Assembly: GCA_051866635.1 (NCBI GenBank)
Contig: JBJDXJ010000048.1
Location: forward strand, 1 to 30,492
Reading direction: 5' to 3'
Source: Clostridia bacterium
GTDB taxonomy: Bacteria > Bacillota > Clostridia > UMGS1883
Length of the DNA stretch: 30,492 nucleotides
Positions 8,169 through 16,791 of the stretch are shown one piece after another (the first letter of the stretch is position 1; every line of letters begins with the position of its first letter). The notes under the pieces were generated by a model, which ran no database searches, was not told the DNA's origin, and saw nothing but the letters and a program-made list of their open reading frames with translations. The translations under genes and the position numbers were made by a program.

Positions 8169-9497
8169 TTATTTATCGTTATTTTTTCTTTCTCTTATAA
8201 TAAATCTCACAGGTGTTCCCGTTAAACCGAATGCTGTTCTTATATTGTTTTCGATATATCGTATATACGAAAAATGTGCCAGTTCAGCATCGTTAACAAA
8301 AAGAACAAATGTGGGTGGCTTTGTTGATGCCTGAGTAATATAGTAAAGTTTAAGCCGTTTACCTTTATCACTGGGAGGCTGAACACGTGCAACCGCATCT
8401 GTCAAAACATCGTTAAGGGCACCTGTCTGGAGCCTTATTGCATTTTGATCTGCTACAAAATCAATATTTCCAAACAAATTGTCAACCCTTTGACCCGTAA
8501 GTGCGGAAATAAACACAACCGGTGCATACTGCATAAAACCTAAGGTGTCGTAAATCTTTTTACGCATTGCCTCCATGGTTTTGTCGTCCTTTTCAACAGC
8601 ATCCCACTTATTTACAACAATTACAGTGCCTTTACCCTGTTCGTGAGCATATCCTGCAATCTTCGCATCCTGCTCGCTTATACCTTCTACGCCGTCAATC
8701 ATAACAACGCACACATCGCATCGTTCAACAGCGTTAAGTGAACGGATTACGCTGTAGCGTTCAACAAGATCGTCCACCTTGTTTTTCTTACGCATACCTG
8801 CAGTATCAATAAAGGTGTACTTTTTACCGTTCTTTTCAAGCTGTGTATCGATGGCATCACGTGTTGTGCCGGCAATATCGGAAACAATTACCCTTTCTTC
8901 ACCTAAAAGGCGGTTGATAAGACTGCTCTTACCGGCATTGGGCTTGCCCACAACCGCAACCTTGATTGTGTCGTCTTCTTCCCCTTCATCGGTATTTTCC
9001 GGGAAATAAGAAATACACTTGTCAAGAACATCGCCAACGCCTCTGCCGTGAACAGAAGAAACAGCCATAGGCTCATCAAGACCCAAGTTATAAAACTCAT
9101 AAAGCTCCATAGGTGGTTCACCGGGAGAGTCTACTTTGTTGCACACCAAGACAATGGGCTTACTTGCCTTTTGAAGCATTGTTGCAACCTCTTGGTCTGC
9201 CGCCGTCATTCCATCCTTTACGTTTACCATAAAAATGATAACATCCGCCATTTCAATTGCAAGGTTTGCCTGACGCCTCATCTGGGATAGGATAATATCC
9301 TTTGAATAAGGCTCAATACCTCCGGTATCAATCATGGTGAATTCCCTGCCGCACCACTCCCCGTCCGCATATACACGGTCACGTGTAATACCCGGGGTAT
9401 CTTCCACAATTGAAATCCTCTTCCCTGCAATTTTGTTAAAAAGTGTAGATTTGCCAACGTTAGGTCTTCCCACGATGGCGATAACGGGTTTTGCCAT
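8169..9497 (-). CDS. der: Ribosome biogenesis GTPase Der (EngA)
   Basis: Two tandem G domains (GRPNVGKS/DTGG/NKVD and GKPNAGKS/DTAG/NKWD) plus a KH-like C-terminal domain. Confidence 0.98.
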   Translation of the reverse strand: MAKPVIAIVGRPNVGKSTLFNKIAGKRISIVEDTPGITRDRVYADGEWCGREFTMIDTGGIEPYSKDIILSQMRRQANLAIEMADVIIFMVNVKDGMTAADQEVATMLQKASKPIVLVCNKVDSPGEPPMELYEFYNLGLDEPMAVSSVHGRGVGDVLDKCISYFPENTDEGEEDDTIKVAVVGKPNAGKSSLINRLLGEERVIVSDIAGTTRDAIDTQLEKNGKKYTFIDTAGMRKKNKVDDLVERYSVIRSLNAVERCDVCVVMIDGVEGISEQDAKIAGYAHEQGKGTVIVVNKWDAVEKDDKTMEAMRKKIYDTLGFMQYAPVVFISALTGQRVDNLFGNIDFVADQNAIRLQTGALNDVLTDAVARVQPPSDKGKRLKLYYITQASTKPPTFVLFVNDAELAHFSYIRYIENNIRTAFGLTGTPVRFIIRERKNNDK

Positions 9498-9508
9498 AAA
9501 ACCACCTC

Positions 9509-10813
9509 CTATTTCCCTAAAAGAGCTTCCAAAAATTCATATCCGTCATTTGTTACAACACGGATTTTAACACCAAGCTCTTCTTCGATTTCATTTACTG
9601 TAACATTGTCTAACAGCACTTCTGTAGAGTCACGGAGCATGCTTTCTGAAATCAAAAGTTCATCTCCCAGTTCCTTGCCTTTAAGCTGTGCTTTTATATC
9701 ACATCCGCACAAGAGCCCCGCAACGGTTATTTCTTCACCAAAAAAATTATTTGTAATTTTGTAAACATTTGCCTTTAATTTATTATACTTATTTTCCGCA
9801 GTCTTTGCAATAGATTTAATAAAATTATACGCCGCTTCCCCTGTTGCTATACTTACGCATCTTTCCCTTTCAAGGGTATAATCTTCTTTTATGGCATTAG
9901 AAAATTCTTCCTTCATACTTGCAATTAAGCCTACGCCGTTTTCAATCTGTGGAAAGCCTTCGTATTCTTCCTCCCGTGGTAAATCAATATCCGCTTTCAG
10001 ATAAAACTCATCAGAGGCGTAAAAAAGCCTTGTCCCAATTTTTTCAAGAGCAATTTTCTGCCACTTTTCAACGGTTTTAATAACCTCTATTGCCTTTTTT
10101 TTATCAACGGAAGGTATATGGCAGAGACCTTCCCTAAACTTTGTTTTACCGATAGGTACAATGCTCACACTTCGGATATGACCAAGACTTAAAAGGTCTG
10201 AAAAGGTTCTTTCCAATTCGTCCCCATCATTTAAAGTGGGGCAAAGAACAATCTGTGCATTTAACAAAATTCCGTTATCCGAAAGCTTTTTCATCCTTTC
10301 GAATATGTTGCCCGCATTTTTGTTTTTCAGCATTTTTTCACGAAGATGTGGGTTTGTTGTATGAACAGAAACATTTATAGGACTTACACGCATGGAAATA
10401 AACCTGTCAATTTCGCTCTCAGGTACATTTGTAAGAGTCACATAATTGCCCTGAAAAAAGGAAAGCCGTGTATCGTCATCTTTAAAATATAATGTTTCAC
10501 GCATACCTTTTGGCAATTGGTCAATAAAGCAGAAAACACAGTTGTTGGCACATCTTTTCGCACCGTCAATAAGGCCCGACTCAAATTCTACACCTAAATC
10601 CTCGTATACTTCCTTTTCAATTTCAACTTCTACCTTCTCGCCCTGCTTTGTAAGAACTTCAAGAAGAATTTCTTCATCGCTCATTAAAAAGCGGTAATCT
10701 AAAATGTCTGTTACGTCATGGTTATTTATTTTTAAAATTACATCCCCCGGCTCCAATCCGATTTCTTCGGCTATGGAGTTTGGATATACCTCTTTAATTT
10801 CGTTTTTCTTCAT
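9509..10813 (-). CDS. DUF512 domain-containing putative radical SAM/Fe-S protein with N-terminal PDZ domain
   Basis: N-terminal SIAEEIGLEPGD (PDZ-like), CANNCVFCF (CxxxCxxC), LYFKDDDTRLSF, QIENGVG; usual neighbour of der in Clostridia. Confidence 0.92.
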   Translation of the reverse strand: MKKNEIKEVYPNSIAEEIGLEPGDVILKINNHDVTDILDYRFLMSDEEILLEVLTKQGEKVEVEIEKEVYEDLGVEFESGLIDGAKRCANNCVFCFIDQLPKGMRETLYFKDDDTRLSFFQGNYVTLTNVPESEIDRFISMRVSPINVSVHTTNPHLREKMLKNKNAGNIFERMKKLSDNGILLNAQIVLCPTLNDGDELERTFSDLLSLGHIRSVSIVPIGKTKFREGLCHIPSVDKKKAIEVIKTVEKWQKIALEKIGTRLFYASDEFYLKADIDLPREEEYEGFPQIENGVGLIASMKEEFSNAIKEDYTLERERCVSIATGEAAYNFIKSIAKTAENKYNKLKANVYKITNNFFGEEITVAGLLCGCDIKAQLKGKELGDELLISESMLRDSTEVLLDNVTVNEIEEELGVKIRVVTNDGYEFLEALLGK

Positions 10814-10842
10814 GGCACACTACCTCATGATAACTTATTTAT

Positions 10843-10871
10843 ATTATACCACCATTTACTATAAAATGCAA
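10843..10871 (-). promoter_or_regulatory. Sigma-A promoter of the DUF512-der-plsY operon
   Basis: Minus strand TTGCAT-17 bp-TATAAT with an extended -10 TG, 30 bp upstream of the start codon. Confidence 0.75.
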
Positions 10872-10951
10872 CAAAAAAACGGGCGAGCAATTTACCCCGA
10901 CTGATAATCTGCAAAGATTAAGAGGGTTACTGTAATTTCTGAATACTTTTC

Positions 10952-10988
10952 AAAAAATTTCAGACCGACACTTTCAGTGCCGGTCTGA
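10952..10988 (-). terminator. Intrinsic terminator of the protease operon
   Basis: Minus strand TCAGACCGGCACT-gaa-AGTGTCGGTCTGA (one G-U pair) followed by AATTTTTT, ~20 bp after the S8 stop. Confidence 0.8.
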
Positions 10989-11007
10989 TTGATATACATA
11001 AATTTAA

Positions 11008-14000
11008 TTAAAATTCAAATACGCTATACAAGGGTTTTATATTGTTCAGGCTTTCCCATATGAACACCTTTATCGTATCATACCCTGCGTTTGGTATATT
11101 GAAGCTTTCTATCGACTTTCCCTTCTGTATAGTAATATTTCTGCTGTCTGTTCCCACAAGCTCACCATTATTGTAAAGCGCCACCGTAACATCAGTGCAA
11201 ATCACATCTCCGCTTGTATTATCGATTTGGAACAAAAAGCTGTTTCCAACAGTACCGGCATAGTAAATATTGAGCCCTTCTGCCGACATCACTTCACTAT
11301 TAAGTGCATAGTCAACGGCTTCAACCGACAAAGTTTTTAAATCAACACCCGTTATATCAAAGGTATATTCCGCACTCTCAGTACCCTTTATGGGATACAC
11401 CTCTCTGAAAGGCACGTCATTCTTTGTTCCGCTGACAACAAATCCCATAAGGTGACGGTTATCCGTTGCTGCAACGTCAAGATACGCATTATCGCCGTCC
11501 TCACGTATTTCAAGCTTTGTTATAACAGGCTTTGTGCGGTCTACATAGAATTTCATTTCAATGCTTTCATTCTGACTGTATTCCTTCTGTGCTAAAAATC
11601 CTGACTTCACCTTAAAGGTATAGTCTCCGTCTTTAAGGGAGTTTATTGTTTTATCGTCAAATTCAAGATATGATGGATCAAATTTTCTTGCATAATAGTA
11701 TTCCCCGGCAGCAGAGCTTATATCTATTTCTTCCGCAATTAAGTTTCCGGCATTATCGTAAATATAAAAATCAGTCCTGCCAAGCTGTCTTAAAGGTGTT
11801 ACTATTCCCACCAAAGCATCAAATTCTCCGTCTCCGTTGGGCGAAATTCCGACAAATTCTTCCGAGCAGTAATCGTAATATTCACTGTCGACTTCACTTA
11901 TAAACTGATTTGCTCCAAGCATCTTTCTTGACTTTTCATCTGTGTAGGAACCGTCGGTTTCTCTAAAAGAACGGGAAGCCATATACGTTAAGCCAAGAAC
12001 AGAGTCTTCCTCGAAAACAGGCTTATCAAGAGCAGGCACACTGTCCCATTCTCCGTAAAAGCCCATAAACGGTATACTTATTTCAGGCAGGCTTTCGTCA
12101 TTGGTACCTAAGAATACAAAGCCGTCAATAAAGAAACCGTTTGTAAAGGTTTCCATATTTTCTTCAAGCTCAGCAATGTCAAGTGTCACATTTACTTTTA
12201 TTTCCGTTTCCTCGTTTGCAGGCACCGTTACACATTCGGGCAAATCGGCACTGAATGTAAGCTTTCTCATAGTGCTGACAAATCCGTTTTCATCTGCACT
12301 GTCAGTTATGACAGTCATTTTTATATTGTCATACACAGCGTCAGTATCTGTCAGATTGCGAGCCTTAAAGGTAATTTCTATCTCACTTGAATTTATTTCA
12401 CCGAGGCTTATTTTTGACTTACTGTACACATTTTCGCCATCGCCGTATATGCCGCCTATAAGCGTTACAGGTGTATTGACTGCTTTTTTCAGGTTTACCA
12501 TACCGGCACCCTGCATTCTGGGTGAATATGGAATTTGGCTTTCGCTGTTTTCCATAAGAACATCAGCTGAGCTCATTAAAAGGTTTTCCACCAGCACAGT
12601 TAGCTGCACTCCGCAGGGATTACCGTATTTTTCGGGATTAGATCTTATATACTGTTTTAAAAGTGCAACTGCGCCTGTCATATGGGGTGCCGCCATGGAG
12701 GTGCCGCTCATATTTTCATATTTATCATCATTTACGGAAGAATATACATATCCTCCGGGAGCTGTTATCTCGGGTTTAAGCTCAAGGGTGCTGTTTACGC
12801 CCCAGCTTGTAAAGTCGCTCATTTCAGTCTTACTTTTGTGGTTAATTCCGCTTTGTATGCCTTCAGCAGCTTTGAGCTTTTTGTTTTCCGCAGCCTTCAT
12901 TTTTTCACCGTCGGACTGAAAAACCGCCGCTGTGGGAATATCCTGAAGGCTTGCCGGATTTACACCTATGTTTATTGCTTCATCGTTGTTTATAAAAACA
13001 GCTCCGACAGCACCATTCGCTTTAGCATTTGCTATTCTTAACGCAAAAGACAGCCCCTGTCCTCTTTCAATTAGTGCAATTTTGTTCTCCGCATCTACGC
13101 CGTTAAATTCTTCTGCCAACCCCGTGCCCACATATACATACTCATACTCACCGTCTTTGAAAGCTTCCACAAAGCTCGCATTTTGGTTCTCCTCGGAAAA
13201 TTTAATCTCGTCAGAGCCGACAGTCATAATATAGTACGACAGCCAAACATTTGTATTGTTCGCAGACGCAACCGATGTTGAAGCACTAAAGGAGTCCGGC
13301 ACTCCGCTTGTACCGTAATCAATATTTTCAGCCATCACCGTATTAGAGTTATAACCTCTGTATCCATTTCCCGCTGCTGACGAAAAAATCACCCCTGCAT
13401 TTGTCGCATTTATTACCGCAATCCTTATTGGCTCATTCTCCTCTTGGTAATAATCCCCGAAGCTGGCATTAATTACATCTGCCCCCAGCTTTATAGCGTC
13501 GTCAATGGCAGCTATAATAACTTCATCCGAAATATTTGGGGCAGCCATCAAAAGAAGCTGTGCGTCGGGAGCTGTGCCTGTAAATTTACCGCCAAGAGGG
13601 TCTGTTCCGTTGTTGCCTGCAGCAATTCCGGCAACATGCATGCCGTGAGCATTTTCCGAATTGAAGACGTCGCCGTTTTTATAGTCGTAATTATACGCAT
13701 AGGGAATTTTTTCACTTCTGTACACTCTGTTTACGGTAGCGTCGCCGCCACAGGCGTTGATAGAAAGGCTTTCGTTTTGTATAATATTGTCTATATCGTT
13801 CTTTGAAAGCTTAGCCCCTTTGATTTCCCCCTGAAAAATTTCATGCTCAACGTCAAAGCCGTTATCGATAATTGCAATAACCGTGCCGGATCCTGTTATG
13901 CCGCTGTCGTGCAAATAATCGGTGTTCATCATTTCACAGGCAAAGTCAAGATACATACCGCCGCTTTGTTCTTCGCTGCTTTCATGCAACTCGTGCTTTT

Positions 14001-14373
14001 GAGCAATGTATACATTTTCAACATTGGGCAGCGCCTTTATTTTTTCAATATCGCTCTCATATGCCTCAAGGGAAAATCCGTTAAAAACATAAGAATATGT
14101 AAAGCCTAACTCTGCTGATGAGTCAACTTTTTTCTCAATTTCGCTCATTACCTGCATCTGTCTTGATTTTATGCTTTTTTCAAGTTTTTGTGCTTCGTCA
14201 CTTTCCGCAAACACTCTTGCGCTGTCATCTGCGGATTTTTTTGCTTCAAGCACAGTATCTCCGCTTACTTCAACAATAAGCGTTACCTTTTCTTCGCTTA
14301 CCTGCGGCGATGCAAACACCGCCGATACAGGCATAAGCGCTATTGCCGTTAATACTGCAATAAATTTTTTCAT
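11008..14373 (-). CDS. Secreted S8 serine protease, lactocepin/C5a peptidase-like (I9 propeptide, S8 with PA insert, Fn-like domains, unknown C-terminal module)
   Basis: Catalytic triad IAIIDNG, HGMHVAGIAAG, GTSMAAPH; PA domain KIALIERG...AKANGAVGAVFINN; FTSWG...LKPEITAPGG; SPRMQGAG. Start set at MKKFIAV (14373), which has a GGGGTG RBS and a signal peptide. Confidence 0.95.
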   Translation of the reverse strand: MKKFIAVLTAIALMPVSAVFASPQVSEEKVTLIVEVSGDTVLEAKKSADDSARVFAESDEAQKLEKSIKSRQMQVMSEIEKKVDSSAELGFTYSYVFNGFSLEAYESDIEKIKALPNVENVYIAQKHELHESSEEQSGGMYLDFACEMMNTDYLHDSGITGSGTVIAIIDNGFDVEHEIFQGEIKGAKLSKNDIDNIIQNESLSINACGGDATVNRVYRSEKIPYAYNYDYKNGDVFNSENAHGMHVAGIAAGNNGTDPLGGKFTGTAPDAQLLLMAAPNISDEVIIAAIDDAIKLGADVINASFGDYYQEENEPIRIAVINATNAGVIFSSAAGNGYRGYNSNTVMAENIDYGTSGVPDSFSASTSVASANNTNVWLSYYIMTVGSDEIKFSEENQNASFVEAFKDGEYEYVYVGTGLAEEFNGVDAENKIALIERGQGLSFALRIANAKANGAVGAVFINNDEAINIGVNPASLQDIPTAAVFQSDGEKMKAAENKKLKAAEGIQSGINHKSKTEMSDFTSWGVNSTLELKPEITAPGGYVYSSVNDDKYENMSGTSMAAPHMTGAVALLKQYIRSNPEKYGNPCGVQLTVLVENLLMSSADVLMENSESQIPYSPRMQGAGMVNLKKAVNTPVTLIGGIYGDGENVYSKSKISLGEINSSEIEITFKARNLTDTDAVYDNIKMTVITDSADENGFVSTMRKLTFSADLPECVTVPANEETEIKVNVTLDIAELEENMETFTNGFFIDGFVFLGTNDESLPEISIPFMGFYGEWDSVPALDKPVFEEDSVLGLTYMASRSFRETDGSYTDEKSRKMLGANQFISEVDSEYYDYCSEEFVGISPNGDGEFDALVGIVTPLRQLGRTDFYIYDNAGNLIAEEIDISSAAGEYYYARKFDPSYLEFDDKTINSLKDGDYTFKVKSGFLAQKEYSQNESIEMKFYVDRTKPVITKLEIREDGDNAYLDVAATDNRHLMGFVVSGTKNDVPFREVYPIKGTESAEYTFDITGVDLKTLSVEAVDYALNSEVMSAEGLNIYYAGTVGNSFLFQIDNTSGDVICTDVTVALYNNGELVGTDSRNITIQKGKSIESFNIPNAGYDTIKVFIWESLNNIKPLYSVFEF

Positions 14374-14415
14374 TTCTTTCACCCCGTAAAAGTTTTTAAA
14401 ATAACACATTCATGT

Positions 14416-16764
14416 TTACCAAATGCTTACTCTGTCTTCGGGGGCTACCCACATTCCGTCCTTTTCGGTTATGCCGTAAACCTCATAGAACTTATCACAT
14501 GACTGTAAAACTCTGTTTACGCGGATTGACGAAAAGCTGTGTGTATCAATCGCCGCTAAGTTTTGCATTCTTCCCCTTGTTTCAACAGACATCCATAGCC
14601 TTGCATAGCTTTCAAACATTTTTTTGTAATCAAAGTTTTCTTTTTTTGAAGCAAGCTCCGTGATAACCGACATGGCTCCCAGGTCTGCAATATCTTCGGT
14701 AATGGTCTGCTCCGAATTGATTGCAATACCCGGAGCGCCCTCTTGATCCTTATAATATGCTTTAACCTTATCGCAAAGCATATCAAATGCCGCTGCATCC
14801 TCATCTGTCCACCAATTTATCGCATTTCCGTTTTCATCATACTGTGCACCATCGGAGTCGAAAGCGTGACTCAGCTCGTGCCCTATAACAGAGCCTATAC
14901 CTGCCAGATTTTCCTCGTATGACGCATCCTCGCTGTAAACAGACGGTATCTGCAAAAACGCCACAGGGAAGTTCACGTCATTATAATAAAGGTTATAAAA
15001 AGCATTGTCAACATGAGGATATGTAATCCATTCAGTTCTGTCAACCTCTTTGCCCTCAAGTGCATACATATCCTTAAGCTTTGCTTTATTTATAGCCTGT
15101 ATATTTTCTACAAGATTTCCGCCGTCCTCAAAGCTTCTAAGTTCTTCGCTGTCGAGTCCGATTTCTTTCCATTCATCGGGGGCAAGCACCTTAATGCCCA
15201 TTGTATCAAGCTTTTTAATCGCCTTTTCTTTTGTTGTTTCGCTCATCCAATCAAGTTTTTTTATTCTTTCCTTATAAACATCTATAATGTCGGTAACCAT
15301 TTGGGTAACATTCGATTTCATTTTTTCGGTAACATATTTATCTGCGTAAATTTCACCGACATACTCCGCAAGAAGCTCCGAAACAGTTTGCGTAGCGTAG
15401 TACTCATCGCTTCGTGTTCCGATGACTCCTTCTGATTCTGTTTTATAGACTTGTACTGCCTCAAAGAAATCATCGCTCATATATTCTGCATATTGGTCTA
15501 TCAGCTTATATTTTGCATAGGCTTTAAGCATTTCAAGATTTTCATCTGTAAGAAGCTCCGCAACCCCCTCCATAGCGGTTTTGTCCATCACAATAAATCG
15601 GTCTTTGTTTTTTAAGCCCGTTGCGTTAAATACCGCATCCATATCAACCGTTTTGAACAGCTGCTTTAACTCTTCAAGTGTGTATATATTATACGTTTTC
15701 TCCGCATCATATATTTCCTCAACCGAATAGCTTGCCTCTGCAACCTTTGTTTCATAATCAAATACCATATCTGCCGCTTTTGCCGCTTCCTCCTCGGTGC
15801 TGCCGCAGAGCATAAACAGCGTTTTTATGTATTTGAGATACGCTTTTTTCTGAGGCTCCAGCTTTCCCTCATACATATCCTTGAAGTTTATTGATGTGGT
15901 ATAAAACTCATTCACATACCTGTTTGAATTTTTGGCATCAACGCTGACACAGAATTGAATAAAAACATTTATAAGCAAATTACCATCTATGGGCGTACTT
16001 GAAAATTCCGAAACACTCTTTACAGCATCTATTGCCTCAAGATCGGCTTGTATAGGAGTATATCCCTGTTTGTTGCGCTCCTCTTTATTAAGATAATTAT
16101 TATATAAAGTCTTTATCTTATATTTTTTTGAGTTCTTTTCCGGATTTGAAACGGATATTTCCTGCATCATAGCTTCCAGCAAATCTGATATAATATCGTC
16201 GTAAAGTGTGCCGACTACCGAATTTCCATCGGGAATTACGGTGCTGTCAAATGCTTCCTTGTTTATTGCCGTATAGAAATCATCCTTTTCATTCGTGCCG
16301 AACACACGGTACATACGGCTGATAAACAGCTTCATTTCCTCCTCTGTAACATTATCGTTCGGTGCGAATATACCCTCGGATTTACCTGCGACAATACCTG
16401 CATCAAAAATGTCTGCAAGCTCGTCCTGCGCCCAGTCGGGAATATCGTTAAAATCTTCCTTCGGGATTGCAATATACTTATTTTTACCACTAATTTGCGG
16501 AATGTTTCCAAAGGCTCGTTTCAGCATAACAAGCGCTTCGGCTCTTGTAACGCTTCGCTCTTCGTGAAGCTCTCCGTCCTCATAGCCCTTTAAAATATCT
16601 GACTTTTGCACAGTCGGATTGTAGTCGTCTGCCGCTGTGAGCAGCATTTGGCATACCTCGCCTCTCGTGGCATATCCGTCATCCGCCAATGCCGCTGTTA
16701 TGCCCATGGAAAACATCATAGATGCCACAAGCAGAGCTGACAAAATTTTTTTGATAATTCTCAT
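14416..16764 (-). CDS. Secreted SLH-domain M13 (neprilysin/PepO-type) zinc metallopeptidase
   Basis: AGGAGG RBS and signal peptide. SLH motifs ATRGEVCQML, ILKGYEDG...VTRAEALVML, FNDIPDWA...GIVAG..FAPNDNVT. M13 motifs DDFY, NAFY, GHELSHAFD (HExxH), EDIADLG, HS...RVN. Confidence 0.95.
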   Translation of the reverse strand: MRIIKKILSALLVASMMFSMGITAALADDGYATRGEVCQMLLTAADDYNPTVQKSDILKGYEDGELHEERSVTRAEALVMLKRAFGNIPQISGKNKYIAIPKEDFNDIPDWAQDELADIFDAGIVAGKSEGIFAPNDNVTEEEMKLFISRMYRVFGTNEKDDFYTAINKEAFDSTVIPDGNSVVGTLYDDIISDLLEAMMQEISVSNPEKNSKKYKIKTLYNNYLNKEERNKQGYTPIQADLEAIDAVKSVSEFSSTPIDGNLLINVFIQFCVSVDAKNSNRYVNEFYTTSINFKDMYEGKLEPQKKAYLKYIKTLFMLCGSTEEEAAKAADMVFDYETKVAEASYSVEEIYDAEKTYNIYTLEELKQLFKTVDMDAVFNATGLKNKDRFIVMDKTAMEGVAELLTDENLEMLKAYAKYKLIDQYAEYMSDDFFEAVQVYKTESEGVIGTRSDEYYATQTVSELLAEYVGEIYADKYVTEKMKSNVTQMVTDIIDVYKERIKKLDWMSETTKEKAIKKLDTMGIKVLAPDEWKEIGLDSEELRSFEDGGNLVENIQAINKAKLKDMYALEGKEVDRTEWITYPHVDNAFYNLYYNDVNFPVAFLQIPSVYSEDASYEENLAGIGSVIGHELSHAFDSDGAQYDENGNAINWWTDEDAAAFDMLCDKVKAYYKDQEGAPGIAINSEQTITEDIADLGAMSVITELASKKENFDYKKMFESYARLWMSVETRGRMQNLAAIDTHSFSSIRVNRVLQSCDKFYEVYGITEKDGMWVAPEDRVSIW

Positions 16765-16791
16765 ACTAAATTCCTCCTATTTATTTTTATA

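Noticed and set aside
11810-11850. ISPNGDGEFD in the S8 protease as a dockerin loop
   Set aside because: Single copy; it is the usual SPNGDG motif of lactocepin/C5a-peptidase Fn-like regions.
12101-12919. 272-aa plus-strand ORF and other antisense ORFs (e.g. 3802-4455, 15013-15435, 28865-29398)
   Set aside because: They lie opposite well-supported genes and show no family motifs.
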